This document shows positions 1-9,113 of a stretch of DNA of 64,000 nucleotides, in pieces. The notes below the pieces were generated by a model. The model saw nothing but the letters and a program-made list of their open reading frames with translations, was not told where the DNA came from and ran no database searches. The stretch lies in the NCBI GenBank assembly GCA_964564635.1, contig CAZMAR010000002.1:144284-208283 (forward strand), written 5' to 3'. Each line of letters starts with the position of its first letter. Within the stretch, counting starts at the first letter, position 1. The DNA comes from an uncultured Ignavibacteriaceae bacterium. Lineage in GTDB: Bacteria > Bacteroidota > Ignavibacteria > Tepidaquicellales > Tepidaquicellaceae. The position numbers were made by a program, and so were the translations under genes.

Positions 1-58
1 TTGTTGAGAATTTATGTACATCATATCCAAACCCGACTCTTAAATCTTTTAAATTCAT
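1..58 (-). CDS. ispF: 2-C-methyl-D-erythritol 2,4-cyclodiphosphate synthase, 5' end only (gene runs off the window)
   Basis: Reverse-strand ATG at 58..56 translates MNLKDLRVGFGYDVHKFS, matching the IspF N-terminal G-x-G-x-DVH motif. Only about 19 codons are visible. Confidence 0.45.
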   Translation of the reverse strand, partial: MNLKDLRVGFGYDVHKFST

Positions 59-170
59 AAGTTTTATTTTCAGAAACAAAATAGCAAAAGAGAGTTCAAT
101 CTTCAATGTTATACAATAGTTAGAAATAATTGTATGATATTAAAATTCTTGATTGCTTTCCGTTTGTGCT

Positions 171-1487
171 TTACTTTGAAACCCCTACGCGAATAATCTT
201 TTCTCCATATTTATATTTTATTTTATCAAGAGTATAAAATGGTAAAAGTACTTTGTTATTGAATAAATCAAAATTTTGACATCTATTATCTACAAGCAGA
301 TTACCAGCCATTATCCCAAAAAGTCGCGCTCTTATATGTTTTTGGGGAGCTGGTAGTTTTTTGTATATTTCAATTGCTGCGGAAAATAGTTCCCGGTCAT
401 CATTAGTGTAAACCCTTAATTTTAAGTCTTCCGCAGCATATTTTAAATTTTCATATCTTATTACAAACACAAGATATCCTGTAACAAGATTTTTATCCCT
501 TAACTTTCTACCCATATATTCACAAACACGACGAATTTCCTGTCTTACTTCTTCTGATTTGTATATAGGGGTTGAAAGGGTATGTTGATGGCTTAATCCT
601 TTTTCGTGTTCTGACTTGTGAAAAATTTCTGAAGTATCTTCACCCCGGGCAAGTTTTCTAAAAACAATTCCATTAATTCCAAACTCATGATGTAAAATAT
701 GTGCAGGAGTATTTGCGAGATCACCTATTGTAAATATGTTGTATATACTTAGGCGACGGGCAATCCTTGTTCCTATTCCCCACATTTTCTTTACAGGCAA
801 CTGATATATTATAGATTTTTCTTTTGGGGTTATAATGGTTAAACCATCTGGTTTTTCAATCTTTGTAGCAATTTTCGCATAGGTTTTATTGTAAGAGCAC
901 CCGAGAGAAGTTGTTAAATTTTCTCTGATACGAATTCTTGACTTAATCTGCCGGGCAACACTTAATACTTTTTCCCAATCTATGTTTTGTGATACTGGAT
1001 TTTTTACAAGGTGAGAGATATCAATAAAACATTCATCAATACTATACTGCTCAATATTTTCAAGCGGAGCAAATTCTTGCAATACCTCAAGAATGCTATC
1101 CATAATTGCTTCATATTTTGGTCCATAGCAGGGAATAGAAATTAACTGAGGACATATTTTTTTCGCCTGCCAGACACTCATCCCTGTATCAACTCCGAGA
1201 GCACGAGCTTCATAAGATGCTGTCATTACAATTCCTTTTCCATCTGGTGTTCCTCCAACTGAAACAGGTTTACCCCTTAACCTGGGATTATCCCGTTGTT
1301 CGACCTGTGCGTAAAATGCATCAAAATCTATATGAACAAAACCCCTATCCTTATATTCAGATATATTGGGGTTTAAATCTTTAAAATGGGGATGTGAATA
1401 CAGGGGCATTAACCGGACCCTTTTAAATATTTCAGAAAAGGAGGTATTTTCCCTTGGAATAAAAAAATGTGAACTTGCCTTTTTCAT
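171..1487 (-). CDS. dinB: DNA polymerase IV (Y-family translesion polymerase)
   Basis: VHIDFDAFYAQVEQRDNPRLRGKPVSVGG and SIDECFIDIS are the Y-family catalytic motifs. The N-terminus is longer than usual, so the true start could be the internal Met27 at 1409. Confidence 0.9.
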   Translation of the reverse strand: MKKASSHFFIPRENTSFSEIFKRVRLMPLYSHPHFKDLNPNISEYKDRGFVHIDFDAFYAQVEQRDNPRLRGKPVSVGGTPDGKGIVMTASYEARALGVDTGMSVWQAKKICPQLISIPCYGPKYEAIMDSILEVLQEFAPLENIEQYSIDECFIDISHLVKNPVSQNIDWEKVLSVARQIKSRIRIRENLTTSLGCSYNKTYAKIATKIEKPDGLTIITPKEKSIIYQLPVKKMWGIGTRIARRLSIYNIFTIGDLANTPAHILHHEFGINGIVFRKLARGEDTSEIFHKSEHEKGLSHQHTLSTPIYKSEEVRQEIRRVCEYMGRKLRDKNLVTGYLVFVIRYENLKYAAEDLKLRVYTNDDRELFSAAIEIYKKLPAPQKHIRARLFGIMAGNLLVDNRCQNFDLFNNKVLLPFYTLDKIKYKYGEKIIRVGVSK

Positions 1488-1528
1488 ATACCATAATTAT
1501 TTATACCATAATAATATATGGTATAAAT
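1485..1528 (-). promoter_or_regulatory. Perfect 12-bp-arm inverted repeat plus a third direct half-site overlapping the annotated dinB start codon (candidate operator or leader hairpin)
   Basis: Plus strand 1499-1510 atttataccata and 1517-1528 tatggtataaat are exact reverse complements with a 6-nt spacer. A third copy, tataccataat, lies at 1487-1497 and abuts the ATG at 1487..1485. Confidence 0.4.
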
Positions 1529-1593
1529 TTTTAAAAAGCAAGTAAAATATCTATAGATTTTTATTTATTGTATATAAAACTTGTGGGGGATAA

Positions 1594-1633
1594 TAAAAAA
1601 AGCCACTTTGGAATAGCACCAAAGTGGCTTTTT
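1594..1633 (-). terminator. Intrinsic terminator downstream of the csp gene (potentially bidirectional)
   Basis: An 11-bp stem agccactttgg (1601-1611) pairs with ccaaagtggct (1619-1629) around a 7-nt loop. A-run 1594-1600 gives a U-run on the minus strand, and there is also a T-run on the plus-strand side. Confidence 0.75.
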
Positions 1634-1648
1634 AAAGCAAAACGTATT

Positions 1649-1849
1649 CTATAATTTTGTAACGTTTGCCGCCTGTGGACCTTTTGGACCCTGTTCAATT
1701 TCAAATTTAACCTTATCACCTTTATTCAAGGTTTTAAAGCCATCAATATTGATGGACTTAAAATGAACAAATACATCAGATTTACCTTCTCGCGAAATAA
1801 ATCCAAATCCTTTTTCAGGGTTGAACCACTTTACAGTTCCTTCTTCCAT
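1649..1849 (-). CDS. cspA: Cold-shock protein, CspA family
   Basis: 66 aa with [15 protein letters not shown] (RNP1) and DVFVHF (RNP2). Uses a TAG stop. Confidence 0.92.
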   Translation of the reverse strand: MEEGTVKWFNPEKGFGFISREGKSDVFVHFKSINIDGFKTLNKGDKVKFEIEQGPKGPQAANVTKL

Positions 1850-2154
1850 TTAAGAAATTTAGTTAGTGCAAAAAAATTAATTAAAACAAAGTGGATAAAT
1901 TTTTTGCTTTAAACCCCATTAACATCTAAAACTTTTACCCTTTAGCGGGATTTAGTTCTTGTTGTTTTTGAGATATAAAACTACAATTTATTTCACTTCA
2001 TTGTAAATATAAGTTAATATTATACCAACTGCAAGACTAAATACATATATATTTATTAGTAATATTTTTATTTTAAATACTAAAAACCTATACTATCTAC
2101 TTTATAAAATCTTAAATTTAACTAATCTTTGTATTTTTAAGTTAATTTTTAAAA

Positions 2155-3417
2155 GTGACTGAGAACTATAAAAATATAAATATAAAAGATTACAATTATG
2201 AATTGCCGAAAGAATATATTGCCCAATTTCCATTAAAGGATAGAGATAAATCAAGATTGCTTATATTTCAAAACAAGAAGATTACAGAAGACATTTTTCT
2301 TAATATTAATAAATATATTCCAGAAAACTCATTTCTTATATTTAATGATACGCGGGTTGTAAAAGCAAGATTTTTTTTCGAGAAACCTACTGGAGCAAAA
2401 ATTGAAATATTTTGTCTTGAACCTGAAAAAGGAATGGATTTTTTAGAAGAAACTTTTAATTCGACTAAGAATGCAAAATGGAAATGTCTTGTTGGCCAAA
2501 GTGGTAAATGGAAACATACTGTATTACACCGAAAAATTCTAAAAGACAATTCTATTTATGAATTATTTGCTGAAGTGAAAAACAAAACCCCAGAATATTT
2601 TGTAATAGAATTTAAGTGGATACCAGAAGAAACTAAATTCTATGAAATTCTTAAGATTTTTGGAGAAACCCCTTTACCTCCTTATATAAAAAGGCAGGCA
2701 AAACCAGAAGATGAAACTACCTATCAGACAATTTATGCAAAGAAAAACGGCTCGGTAGCGGCACCAACTTCCGGTTTCCATTTTACTAACGAGGTTTTTA
2801 CCAGGTTGAAGAAAAAGAAGATTGAATTTTTATATCTTACATTGCATATTGGAATAGCAACATTTAAACCTGTTAAAAGTGAAACTATAGCCGAACATAA
2901 AATGCATTCCGAATTTATTAATTTTGAAAGAAATTTTATTGAAAAGATTTATCAAAACATTAAATACAAACAATCAGATAACTATAAAAAAATTATTTCT
3001 GTAGGAACAACATCTGCAAGAGCTCTGGAATCTCTTTACTATGTAGGAAAGAAATTTTATATGTTAAAAAAGAGTCAGACACCCCCAAATTCATTATCAT
3101 TTGAGATTAACCAATGGGAGCCATATGAAACTGAAAACATAATTTCTCCTGTTGAGTCACTTGAAGTAATTTTAGAGGAGATGGACAAAAAAAATATAAA
3201 TCAAATTTCTGGAGAAACAGAAATGATTATTGTACCTGGATTTCAATATAAGTTTATAGATGGATTAATAACAAATTTCCATCTACCGCAAAGCACTTTA
3301 CTATTACTTGTATCAGCTTTAATAGGGGATAAATGGAAAGAAGTATATCAGTATGCTCTATATAATAACTTTAGGTTTCTAAGTTACGGAGATGCAAGTT
3401 TGCTTTTCAAAGAATAA
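2155..3417 (+). CDS. queA: S-adenosylmethionine:tRNA ribosyltransferase-isomerase
   Basis: PLPPYIKR, GSVAAPTSGFHFT, GTTSARALES and TNFHLPQSTLLLLVSA are QueA signatures. GTG start. Longer than typical QueA (420 aa). Confidence 0.88.
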   Translation: MTENYKNINIKDYNYELPKEYIAQFPLKDRDKSRLLIFQNKKITEDIFLNINKYIPENSFLIFNDTRVVKARFFFEKPTGAKIEIFCLEPEKGMDFLEETFNSTKNAKWKCLVGQSGKWKHTVLHRKILKDNSIYELFAEVKNKTPEYFVIEFKWIPEETKFYEILKIFGETPLPPYIKRQAKPEDETTYQTIYAKKNGSVAAPTSGFHFTNEVFTRLKKKKIEFLYLTLHIGIATFKPVKSETIAEHKMHSEFINFERNFIEKIYQNIKYKQSDNYKKIISVGTTSARALESLYYVGKKFYMLKKSQTPPNSLSFEINQWEPYETENIISPVESLEVILEEMDKKNINQISGETEMIIVPGFQYKFIDGLITNFHLPQSTLLLLVSALIGDKWKEVYQYALYNNFRFLSYGDASLLFKE

Positions 3418-3428
3418 AAAATTTTATA

Positions 3429-4376
3429 ATGAAAAAGCTAAATAATTCGCTTGTTCCAACCCCACTTCACAAATTAGATTTATTGTCAAAAATACTCGGA
3501 ACAAATATCTATTGTAAAAGAGATGACTTAACAGGTTTTGCTTTTGGAGGAAATAAGACTCGTAAACTTGATTACTTAATAGCAGAGGCAAAAAAGAAGA
3601 AGTTTAATACAATTGTAACTACCGGCGGATTTCAGTCAAATTTTTGTAGAATTGCAGCTGCTTATGCTGTAAAAGTAGGACTGGAAGCCCATTTTATCCT
3701 TGGAGGTGATAAGAAACCTGAACGAGAAACAGCAAATTTGTTACTTATGAAGATGTTTGGAGCAAATTTATACTTTATTGAAACGGAGGATTGGAATATC
3801 TGGGAAATCGAGGCAACAAAATTAACTGATAAATTAACTCGTAAAGGGAAAAAAGTATATCAAATGCCTATAGGAGGCTCAAACACAACAGGAATTTTGG
3901 GATATTTAGAGTGTTTTGATGAAATTATCTCATATGAAAAAGAAAACAAAATATATTTTAATACTATAATTCACGCATCGGGTTCAGGAGGAACGCAGGC
4001 AGGACTGTTAATTGGAAAGGCAAAACACAAATGGGAAGGGAAAATTTTGGGTATATCTGTTTCGAAAGATTCTCAACAATTATCTAATGAAATACTAAGC
4101 CTTTCACAGAAAGGAGCAAAGAAACAGGGGTTAAAAATAAATTCTTCAGATGTAATAGTTGATGATAACTATATTGGAGGCTACTATGGAGCATACACAA
4201 AGCAAGCGTTTGAAGCAATGGAAATTTTTTCAAAAACAGAAGGCATAATACTCGATGCAGTATATTCAGGGAAAGCAGCTGCTGCATTGATTGATTATTG
4301 TCGGAAGAAAAGGTTTAGAAAGAATGATAACATACTTTTTATTCATACAGGAGGTAATATTCATATATTCAAATAA
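3429..4376 (+). CDS. PLP-dependent D-cysteine desulfhydrase / ACC deaminase family protein
   Basis: FGGNKTRKLDYL contains the PLP lysine motif of the ACC deaminase/DcyD family. The length (315 aa) fits the family. Confidence 0.8.
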   Translation: MKKLNNSLVPTPLHKLDLLSKILGTNIYCKRDDLTGFAFGGNKTRKLDYLIAEAKKKKFNTIVTTGGFQSNFCRIAAAYAVKVGLEAHFILGGDKKPERETANLLLMKMFGANLYFIETEDWNIWEIEATKLTDKLTRKGKKVYQMPIGGSNTTGILGYLECFDEIISYEKENKIYFNTIIHASGSGGTQAGLLIGKAKHKWEGKILGISVSKDSQQLSNEILSLSQKGAKKQGLKINSSDVIVDDNYIGGYYGAYTKQAFEAMEIFSKTEGIILDAVYSGKAAAALIDYCRKKRFRKNDNILFIHTGGNIHIFK

Positions 4377-4453
4377 AAGAAAGGCAAACTTTTTTGAATT
4401 TAAAAGATGCTTTTTTGTTTTAGTTAAAAAGTTTATCTTAAAATAAAAAATTT

Positions 4454-4975
4454 ATGGCAAAACCAAACCCAGAAGAATACCCAGAATTTTTCAAAATTTA
4501 TGTCAACCTTATTGATGATGACGATATTGTCAATGTTCTTTTGAATCAATCACAGGAACTTCAGGAACTATTAAAAGAAATTACAGAAGAGGTTGCAGAT
4601 AAAAGCTATGCATTTGGAAAGTGGACATTGAAAGAAGTAATAGGACATATGATTGATAATGAAAGGTTATTTATTGCCCGAGCCCTCAGAATAGCAAGAG
4701 GGGATAAGCAAAAATTACCCGGCTATGACCAGGATTTTTATGTTAAAAGTGCAAGATTTTTTAGGAGAAAATTAGAAGATCTTGCTCAGGAGATGCTTTT
4801 ACTTCGTGTTGCTGATTTGTTACTGATAAAAAGTTTTGACGAAATAGAACTTGCAGAAAGAGGAGTTGTTAATGATTATGAAATAACTGTAAATGCAATA
4901 TTATATGTCCTTGCAGGGCATGAACGACATCATATTGATTATATAAAGGAAAATTATTTAGGCGGGAAACAATAA
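4454..4975 (+). CDS. DinB-superfamily (YfiT-like) putative metal-dependent protein
   Basis: 173 aa helical protein with His-rich motifs (VIGHMIDNE, AGHERHHIDYI) typical of the DinB/YfiT four-helix-bundle family. Confidence 0.65.
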   Translation: MAKPNPEEYPEFFKIYVNLIDDDDIVNVLLNQSQELQELLKEITEEVADKSYAFGKWTLKEVIGHMIDNERLFIARALRIARGDKQKLPGYDQDFYVKSARFFRRKLEDLAQEMLLLRVADLLLIKSFDEIELAERGVVNDYEITVNAILYVLAGHERHHIDYIKENYLGGKQ

Positions 4976-4987
4976 ATTTTAGGAATT

Positions 4988-5536
4988 TTATTTAGCAGGT
5001 GGTTTTATTATCTCTTGCCAGTTTTTCCAGGTAAGTCTTTTTTTATTTTTTATATACCTGTTATATGACCTATCATAAAGTATATGCTCCCAAGCAGGTT
5101 TTAAGCAGCCTGTAATTTCAGGCTTGTCATCAATAAGAAAGTCACCAGTTATAAGAGTTTTATCATTCGTCAATATTAACTTTTCAATCCAGGTACTACC
5201 AAGATGTTCTTCAACCCAGGCATACTTTTCTGTTACACAATGCTTATATGTTTTGAATGGACTTGTACAGATAAAAACCTCGTGTCCCATTTCTTTCATT
5301 TGATGTACTGCGTCAACGCCGCCAGGTATTTCCGGTAATGATTTTAAAAATCCTTCAGTCGTAATAATTTCTCTAATTAACTCTCCACAATCCTCCGGCA
5401 TTTCTTCTCTAAGATAAAATTTTGTTCTTTTTTCAGGAGGAACTATGAACTTTTCAGGAAATCTCCGGTTCCACTCAGAATAAAATCCCCCATCAAAATC
5501 TGCAAGTACATCATCTAAATCAATCAGTATTATCAT
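4988..5536 (-). CDS. 5'(3')-deoxyribonucleotidase (HAD superfamily, NT5C-like)
   Basis: N-terminal ILIDLDDVLADF is the HAD DxDxV motif, and overall size matches the NT5C family. Confidence 0.7.
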   Translation of the reverse strand: MIILIDLDDVLADFDGGFYSEWNRRFPEKFIVPPEKRTKFYLREEMPEDCGELIREIITTEGFLKSLPEIPGGVDAVHQMKEMGHEVFICTSPFKTYKHCVTEKYAWVEEHLGSTWIEKLILTNDKTLITGDFLIDDKPEITGCLKPAWEHILYDRSYNRYIKNKKRLTWKNWQEIIKPPAK

Positions 5537-5943
5537 ACTTTTTTAATTTAAATTATTAAAGTAATTATTTATCTATAGACTTTCAATAAAATATGAGCTG
5601 TTTAAATTTTTAGCATATCTTCTTAAAAGTAATATTTTAAAAAACTCATCTCTGAATTTATAGTGATGTAAGAGTTTGGTTAATTTAAAAAGGAAACAAA
5701 ATTTGTTAAGTGTTAAGATATTTAATAAATCATTACAAATTCTTTATAACCCGTAATAAATTTACAGATTCAGCAAAAGAAAATTTTAATAGAACTAAGA
5801 GAAATTTTGGGATAATCAATATTTAAATATTGTCTTCGTGAAATGATGGGCTAAATAAAGTAATGTGTAAAAATTGAAAAAGACAGTGGTGATGTGTTTT
5901 ATTTGGATTGATTTATCTGATTATATGGGATAATTTATAAGAA

Positions 5944-8559
5944 ATGATAAGAAAGGTAATATATTTATTTTTACTGATGTTTATAAGTATATGGGGATGT
6001 AGTCATCTCTCTTATAGGGTACTTTCTTCTGGAGAAGTTAAGGAAGATGATGATCCCGAACCAGTGTATGATATAACCTTAGATGAAGATTATCAGAATT
6101 TTGTTGAATATATGTTTATTGGAAACAGGTCTGAAAGTTTTGGTACATATTTTAATAAATATTTTTCTGCTAAAGAAGATTTTGATGAGGGGTTGCAGGA
6201 TTATTTGACTACATTTGTTGCTAATTATAATCCACGAATAGATTCCCTTGATGTAGTACCGCCTGTTTCGACGACGGCAAAAGAAAAATTTAACAATGTA
6301 ATAGAAAGTTGTTCTAAAATTATTCAATATCATAAAAGCACTCGATATTTAGATGGTGCAGTTTTACTTATAGGGAAATCGTATTTTTATATGCAGGAAT
6401 ATTTACAGGCAGAGCGAAAATTTAGCGAGTTTTTATCAAAGTTAACCAAAAGTGAGTTATATGATGAAGCAATTTTATTTCTTGGAAAAACTAAAATGAA
6501 ACTTCGTCAAAGAGCAGAAGGAGAAACAATTTTAAAAAACTTGCTTGAGAAGACTAATAACGATGAGATTAAAGCAGAAATAACAGAGGAACTTGCAATA
6601 AATTCACTTACTAAAAAAGAAATTTTAAGTGGTATAGATTATTTCAATGAATCAATAAATTATACTCATAACAAAGAAGATAAAGCACGCAGGCAATTTA
6701 TTCTTGCGAAAATTTATTTATTGACCTCACCAGAAAAAGCAATTGATGAATACGATAAAGTAATCAAAAATACATCTAATTTTGAAATGGAGTTTTATGC
6801 AAGATTAAATAGATGTCAAGCTTTAATCGCTGTAAAAAAATATGAAGAGGCAAATGAATTTGCTCTCACTATAACGAAAAAGTATAAGGATTATAGAGAA
6901 CTTTTACAACAAGCGGAGTTTGTATATGCAACAACATTTTATTATCTGAAAAAGTATAAAGAAGCGCTGGTCAAATTTTATGATATTATAATAGATTATC
7001 CGGGAGGAAATGTGGCAGGGGATTCCTATTTTTATATTGCAAAATATTATGATGATGTTAAGAGAGATTATTTGAACGCACTTGTAAATTATAATAAAGC
7101 AATGTATACCGCTTCCCCAGAAAATGCTTTAATTAGCCGGAAGAAATCCGCTTCCCTTGATAAGTATTTTTCTTTGCTTGCCGAAATAAATGATACAACT
7201 AAGATTCAAATACCAACAGAGGACAAGGAATTTGAAAAATATAAAAAAGAGAGAATGAAAGAGCTTGAAGATGAACAGGAGAAGTATATTCCAAAACAAG
7301 AAGGGAAAGGAGGAGGAGTAAAAGACAGGATGAGGTTCATTGCTTTGGATACTAATGATGAAGACATATTAACTAAAATTACGAAAGATTCAGTAGTTAC
7401 AAAAGATACAATAAAAGAAACAAAGGATACTTTAATATTAAATGAGATTGATTCATTATTAATTAAAGCGAGAATTGAAGATTCAATTACCTATGCAAAG
7501 AATGAAAAAAAATATTCAGCATGTTTAAATATGGCAGAACTATTCCTGTTTGAATTAGCAATTGAAGATTCAGCAATTGTATATCTTAATTATGTTGCAG
7601 ATTCAGATACAAACAGTATTCGCCGAAGTAAGTCTCTTTTTATGCTTGCGACGATATACAGAAATAAAAATCAAATTGAAAAGTCAGATTACTATTTAAG
7701 CGCAATAATAAAAGACTATCCTCAATTAGAAATAGCAAACGAGGCAAGAAAAATACTCAACATTAGCACAATTGAAATATTAAAAGACCCAACTGATTCT
7801 TTATATCATATTGCTTCGGAATATTTTACGATAAGTGATTATTTTAAAGCAATAGAATTTTTAAAGATAATTTATACGGAACATCCCGAAAGTCCACTCG
7901 CCGCGAAATCATTATATACAATAGGGTGGTTATTTGAAAACTATGCCCAAAACAAGGATAGTATGATTTTTTATTATACATTACTTAAAGAGAAATATCC
8001 CGCTTCTGTATACACACAATCAGTAATGCCTAAGCTCCAATTTTTTTCTGAACTATTGGAGAAGCAGAAAAGCGATAGTTTAAAATTAACTAAAGACACC
8101 TTAAAAACCGAAAATGATTCACTTCAAAAAGAAATTTCACAGGATACATTGAATAATAAGAAACAAGAGCAAAAAATTTTGCCTGAGGAAAAAAGTGGGG
8201 AAGAAGAAATTCAATATGATTCATTAGGAAATGAAATCAGACGAGATGAAGAGGTTATATCATTACTAATTAGTTCAGAAAATTTAATTGATAAAAATTA
8301 TAGAAAACCGAGTTCAAGTTTTGCTTCATCACTTAAACGGGAAAAGTCCCAGGGTGGGTCAAAAGTAATGATGACTTTTGCATCATTTACCATAGGGTTT
8401 TCTTTTAACTTTTGCTGTACTTCTGCGGGGAGACTACCTGCGACTGGACAGGCAGGAGAGGTAAGGGTCATAACTACAAGAACATCACCATTAGTAGCAA
8501 GTTTTATATCGTATATCAGACCAAGGTCGTATATATTTACAGGAATTTCCGGGTCATAA
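5944..8559 (+). CDS. Large TPR-repeat lipoprotein (3' end uncertain, runs antisense into sufT)
   Basis: Lipobox FISIWGC near the N-terminus and repeated TPR-like helical segments. The last ~87 codons are the antisense of the DUF59 gene, so the true C-terminus is doubtful. Confidence 0.65.
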   Translation: MIRKVIYLFLLMFISIWGCSHLSYRVLSSGEVKEDDDPEPVYDITLDEDYQNFVEYMFIGNRSESFGTYFNKYFSAKEDFDEGLQDYLTTFVANYNPRIDSLDVVPPVSTTAKEKFNNVIESCSKIIQYHKSTRYLDGAVLLIGKSYFYMQEYLQAERKFSEFLSKLTKSELYDEAILFLGKTKMKLRQRAEGETILKNLLEKTNNDEIKAEITEELAINSLTKKEILSGIDYFNESINYTHNKEDKARRQFILAKIYLLTSPEKAIDEYDKVIKNTSNFEMEFYARLNRCQALIAVKKYEEANEFALTITKKYKDYRELLQQAEFVYATTFYYLKKYKEALVKFYDIIIDYPGGNVAGDSYFYIAKYYDDVKRDYLNALVNYNKAMYTASPENALISRKKSASLDKYFSLLAEINDTTKIQIPTEDKEFEKYKKERMKELEDEQEKYIPKQEGKGGGVKDRMRFIALDTNDEDILTKITKDSVVTKDTIKETKDTLILNEIDSLLIKARIEDSITYAKNEKKYSACLNMAELFLFELAIEDSAIVYLNYVADSDTNSIRRSKSLFMLATIYRNKNQIEKSDYYLSAIIKDYPQLEIANEARKILNISTIEILKDPTDSLYHIASEYFTISDYFKAIEFLKIIYTEHPESPLAAKSLYTIGWLFENYAQNKDSMIFYYTLLKEKYPASVYTQSVMPKLQFFSELLEKQKSDSLKLTKDTLKTENDSLQKEISQDTLNNKKQEQKILPEEKSGEEEIQYDSLGNEIRRDEEVISLLISSENLIDKNYRKPSSSFASSLKREKSQGGSKVMMTFASFTIGFSFNFCCTSAGRLPATGQAGEVRVITTRTSPLVASFISYIRPRSYIFTGISGS

Positions 8560-8678
8560 CAACTTTTTAGAACTTTTATCACTTCTTCTTTTAACTTTTC
8601 AAGGTCAACAGATTTTTCATTAGGTTCTTTTTTATCGGAGGTATTTTCTAATTCTTTATTCATAATGTCATTATACAA
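8298..8678 (-). CDS. sufT: Fe-S assembly protein SufT (DUF59/MIP18 family)
   Basis: CYDPEIPVNIYDLGLIYDI and LTSPACP are DUF59 motifs. It is the last gene of the suf operon. Confidence 0.8.
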   Translation of the reverse strand: MYNDIMNKELENTSDKKEPNEKSVDLEKLKEEVIKVLKSCYDPEIPVNIYDLGLIYDIKLATNGDVLVVMTLTSPACPVAGSLPAEVQQKLKENPMVNDAKVIITFDPPWDFSRLSDEAKLELGFL

Positions 8679-8682
8679 GTAA

Positions 8683-9102
8683 TTAATTTTTATTTAAATG
8701 CTTTTGCGCTTCTGATTTTATTTTCTTAACCATAGAAAGCAAGCCATTAGAACGGTTAGGAGATAAATGTTTCATTAAACCAATTTCATCTAAAAAAGTT
8801 ATATCACTTTCTATTATGTCTTCTGGTTTTTGATTATTGAAAACTCTTATAAGTAGAGCAATAAGACCTTTTGTGATAATTGCATCGCTATCCGCACTAA
8901 AAATTAATTTACCATCTTTATACTCTGTTTTTAACCAAACCTGCGATTGACACCCACTCACTTTATTTTCTTCTGTTTTATCTTCCGGAGATAAAGAGGG
9001 TTGCTGCTTTCCAAGTTCAATTATGTATTCATATTTTGATTCCCAATCATCAAAGGTGGAAAACTCTTCTCTTATTTCTTCCTGTATTTCTTTGATAGTC
9101 AT
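8683..9102 (-). CDS. sufE: Cysteine desulfuration (sulfur acceptor) protein SufE
   Basis: The SGCQSQVWL motif contains the SufE active-site cysteine. Adjacent to sufS. Confidence 0.85.
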   Translation of the reverse strand: MTIKEIQEEIREEFSTFDDWESKYEYIIELGKQQPSLSPEDKTEENKVSGCQSQVWLKTEYKDGKLIFSADSDAIITKGLIALLIRVFNNQKPEDIIESDITFLDEIGLMKHLSPNRSNGLLSMVKKIKSEAQKHLNKN

Positions 9103-9113
9103 AATAAAAATTT

